Source: Acanthaster planci
Taxonomy: Eukaryota
Direction: 5' to 3'
Length of the DNA: 64,000 nucleotides
NCBI RefSeq assembly: GCF_001949145.1
Contig: NW_019091362.1
Location: forward strand, 1,929,838 to 1,993,837
The notes under the pieces were generated by a model. It saw only the letters and a program-made list of their open reading frames with translations. It made no database searches and was not told the DNA's origin. This document shows, piece by piece, positions 62,409 through 64,000 of the stretch. The translations under genes were made by a program, and so were the position numbers. Position 1 is the stretch's first letter, and every line of letters starts with the position of its first letter.

Positions 62409-63392
62409 TATAATTAGATTTTCGTCAATTCTTTCAAACAAGATTCTGTGTAAGTCACTGGCGTTATTCTTAGAAGTAGGTGTCTGTTTCCTCTCTAACT
62501 AGATCCATGTGAGAGTGGTCCATCCATGTGAGAGGACAGTGCCACTGTACACACACACAAAGGGAAAAAGTGAAAATAATTTTGACTTCCAAATATTTAC
62601 AATACTTTACAGCCAGTGCGACCCAGTTTATACGTACCCACAATACTATAATATTATTTTGTGGTAGTCTTATAGACAAAGGTGAAAATATGACACAAGA
62701 CAGCAAAAAGAGGTTTTTAGATCATTCAAAGTTCACCTCAACTCCCTCACTATTGTGACAAATTGGCTTTAACAAGTTTAGGTTTCAGTGAAAAGATGAC
62801 ATCATTCTTATCTTTGTATATAGTCGCAGAGAATGAGCAAGACCATTGTACTGGTACCCGTGCATATTGGCATTAATCTCTGCGTACTTTCCCATGTAAA
62901 TGTAGCCTACACGTTTAAGGCACCGCGGGACTGGCGCTAGTGTATATTCTGTCTAGTTTGTGCCATGCTACTCGCGGTGTAGGGCAGTTTCGCAGAAGTC
63001 TCGAGGCAGTCTGGAGGCCTGGTTCAGCGAGTGAACAGTGGTGTTTGTGACCGCTCCTTTTGTGTGCGCCACAGCAGAGAGTCTGCTAGCAATTCAAGTA
63101 CTGGTTCCGCAATCTAAGCAGTTATTGCAGTAACTGTAACATATCCGCAGTGGTTGACTCATTGTGTAGCCTACTGTTCAGTATCGGTTAGAAAGGATTG
63201 TGGGTAGAACAGTACTGTGTGGGTAGAGTTGTGGGCAGAGTTGTCGAAGGTTGTCGGAAGGTCACCTTCTAGAAAAGTGGTGAAAGATTTGATAGCCAGA
63301 GTGTCGGCAGACGCCCTGAGTTACCAGTTAGTTGGGTTACTTAATTAGCACCGGCAGTCCGACGATATCTTGGGTGCAGTCACCCGAGTGAG

Positions 63393-63528
63393 GAGTGCGA
63401 ATTGCGGATACAGCTGAGAGGTTGTAGAGTGCGGATTGCAGATTCAGGTTAGAGGTTGCTGAGTGCGGATTGCGGATGCAGGTTAGAGGTAGCGGAGTGC
63501 GGATTGCAGATACAGGTTAGAGGTTGCG
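63393..63528. repeat. 34-bp minisatellite, 4 copies plus partial copies to ~63590
   Basis: Unit approximately GAGTGCGGATTGCAGATACAGGTTAGAGGTTGCG. Confidence 0.88.
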
Positions 63529-63934
63529 GAAGGCGGAGTGCGGATTGTGGATTATTGGCGGCACTTTCCGGATTGCGGAGTGCGGATTAATTAAGTGTTC
63601 TTTTGTAGTTGTATTTTGTATTCTTTTGTAACTATTGTATACAATAAGCAACTCCTTTTGTTTAAATATAGTGATTATATAAGCTAGGGAAAAGTATATT
63701 AAGTTCAGTTGATCTTGCCGGCAATATCTTGTTTACACACATGCTCATTGTTGTGTCAGTCGACCAGGTAGCCAAATCAATCACCAATCGGAGGTATATT
63801 TCCGCCCAAACAACCCCTAACCCTTGGACCTTAGATTGCTCGTCAACTCATGGGCCCAAGGGATGCAGTAGTATTTCATTAGTTTTTCATGAATCCTTTC
63901 ATGTCACATTCTTTGTAAATTTTGGGCGTTATTC

Positions 63935-64000
63935 TTAGAAGTAGCTATCTATTTCGTCTCTTACTAGATCCATGCGACAGTAATCCTTGTGTCCATGGAG
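63935..64000 (-). CDS. Possible 3' end of a minus-strand gene entering from the right edge (..LHGHKDYCRMDLVRDEIDSYF*)
   Basis: Open to the window edge. A diverged duplicate at ~62470-62535 reads MDLVREETDTYF*, with synonymous or conservative differences and the same TAA. Only 22 codons are visible. Confidence 0.3.
   Translation of the reverse strand, partial: LHGHKDYCRMDLVRDEIDSYF

Noticed and set aside
62754..63908. TGTGACA...TGTCACA as solo-LTR termini
   Set aside because: No matching TSD, and the right motif lies inside the direct-repeat homology.

Overview
Intron-rich, AT-rich animal genomic DNA with five N gaps (20234-21156, 23811-24333, 25004-25464, 37080-37596, 53992-54360). It is probably an invertebrate deuterostome, plausibly an echinoderm such as a sea star; this is an inference from domain content and repeat types. 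The ORF track is mostly noise because the real genes are split into small exons. Manual splicing (GT-AG, frame-consistent) gives a tandem cluster of three + strand paralogues encoding secreted proteins built on the 'farnesoic acid O-methyltransferase' (Methyltransf_FA/FAMeT-like) domain. Gene A (2256-~7621) has a signal peptide and 2 FAMeT-like domains, about 359 aa. Gene B (12491-43426) has 38 coding exons with every intron in phase 1, about 1243 aa: signal peptide, 2 FAMeT-like, 7 EGF, WAP, 3 antistasin, 2 divergent acidic/basic FAMeT-like domains, and a polycationic tail built from tandem 30-nt microexons ([10 protein letters not shown]). Gene C (55181->61483) has a signal peptide, FAMeT-like, EGF and a divergent FAMeT-like domain. 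Gene B is the standout, a candidate adhesive, matrix or defence protein expanded by microexon-plus-intron duplication. Non-coding features include hAT-type MITEs with 8-bp TSDs (one nested), other palindromic MITEs, an L2/CR1 LINE remnant, a tRNA-derived element inside an inverted repeat, a Penelope-type minimal hammerhead motif and two minisatellites. All gene models are hand-derived and unverified by transcripts or database searches.
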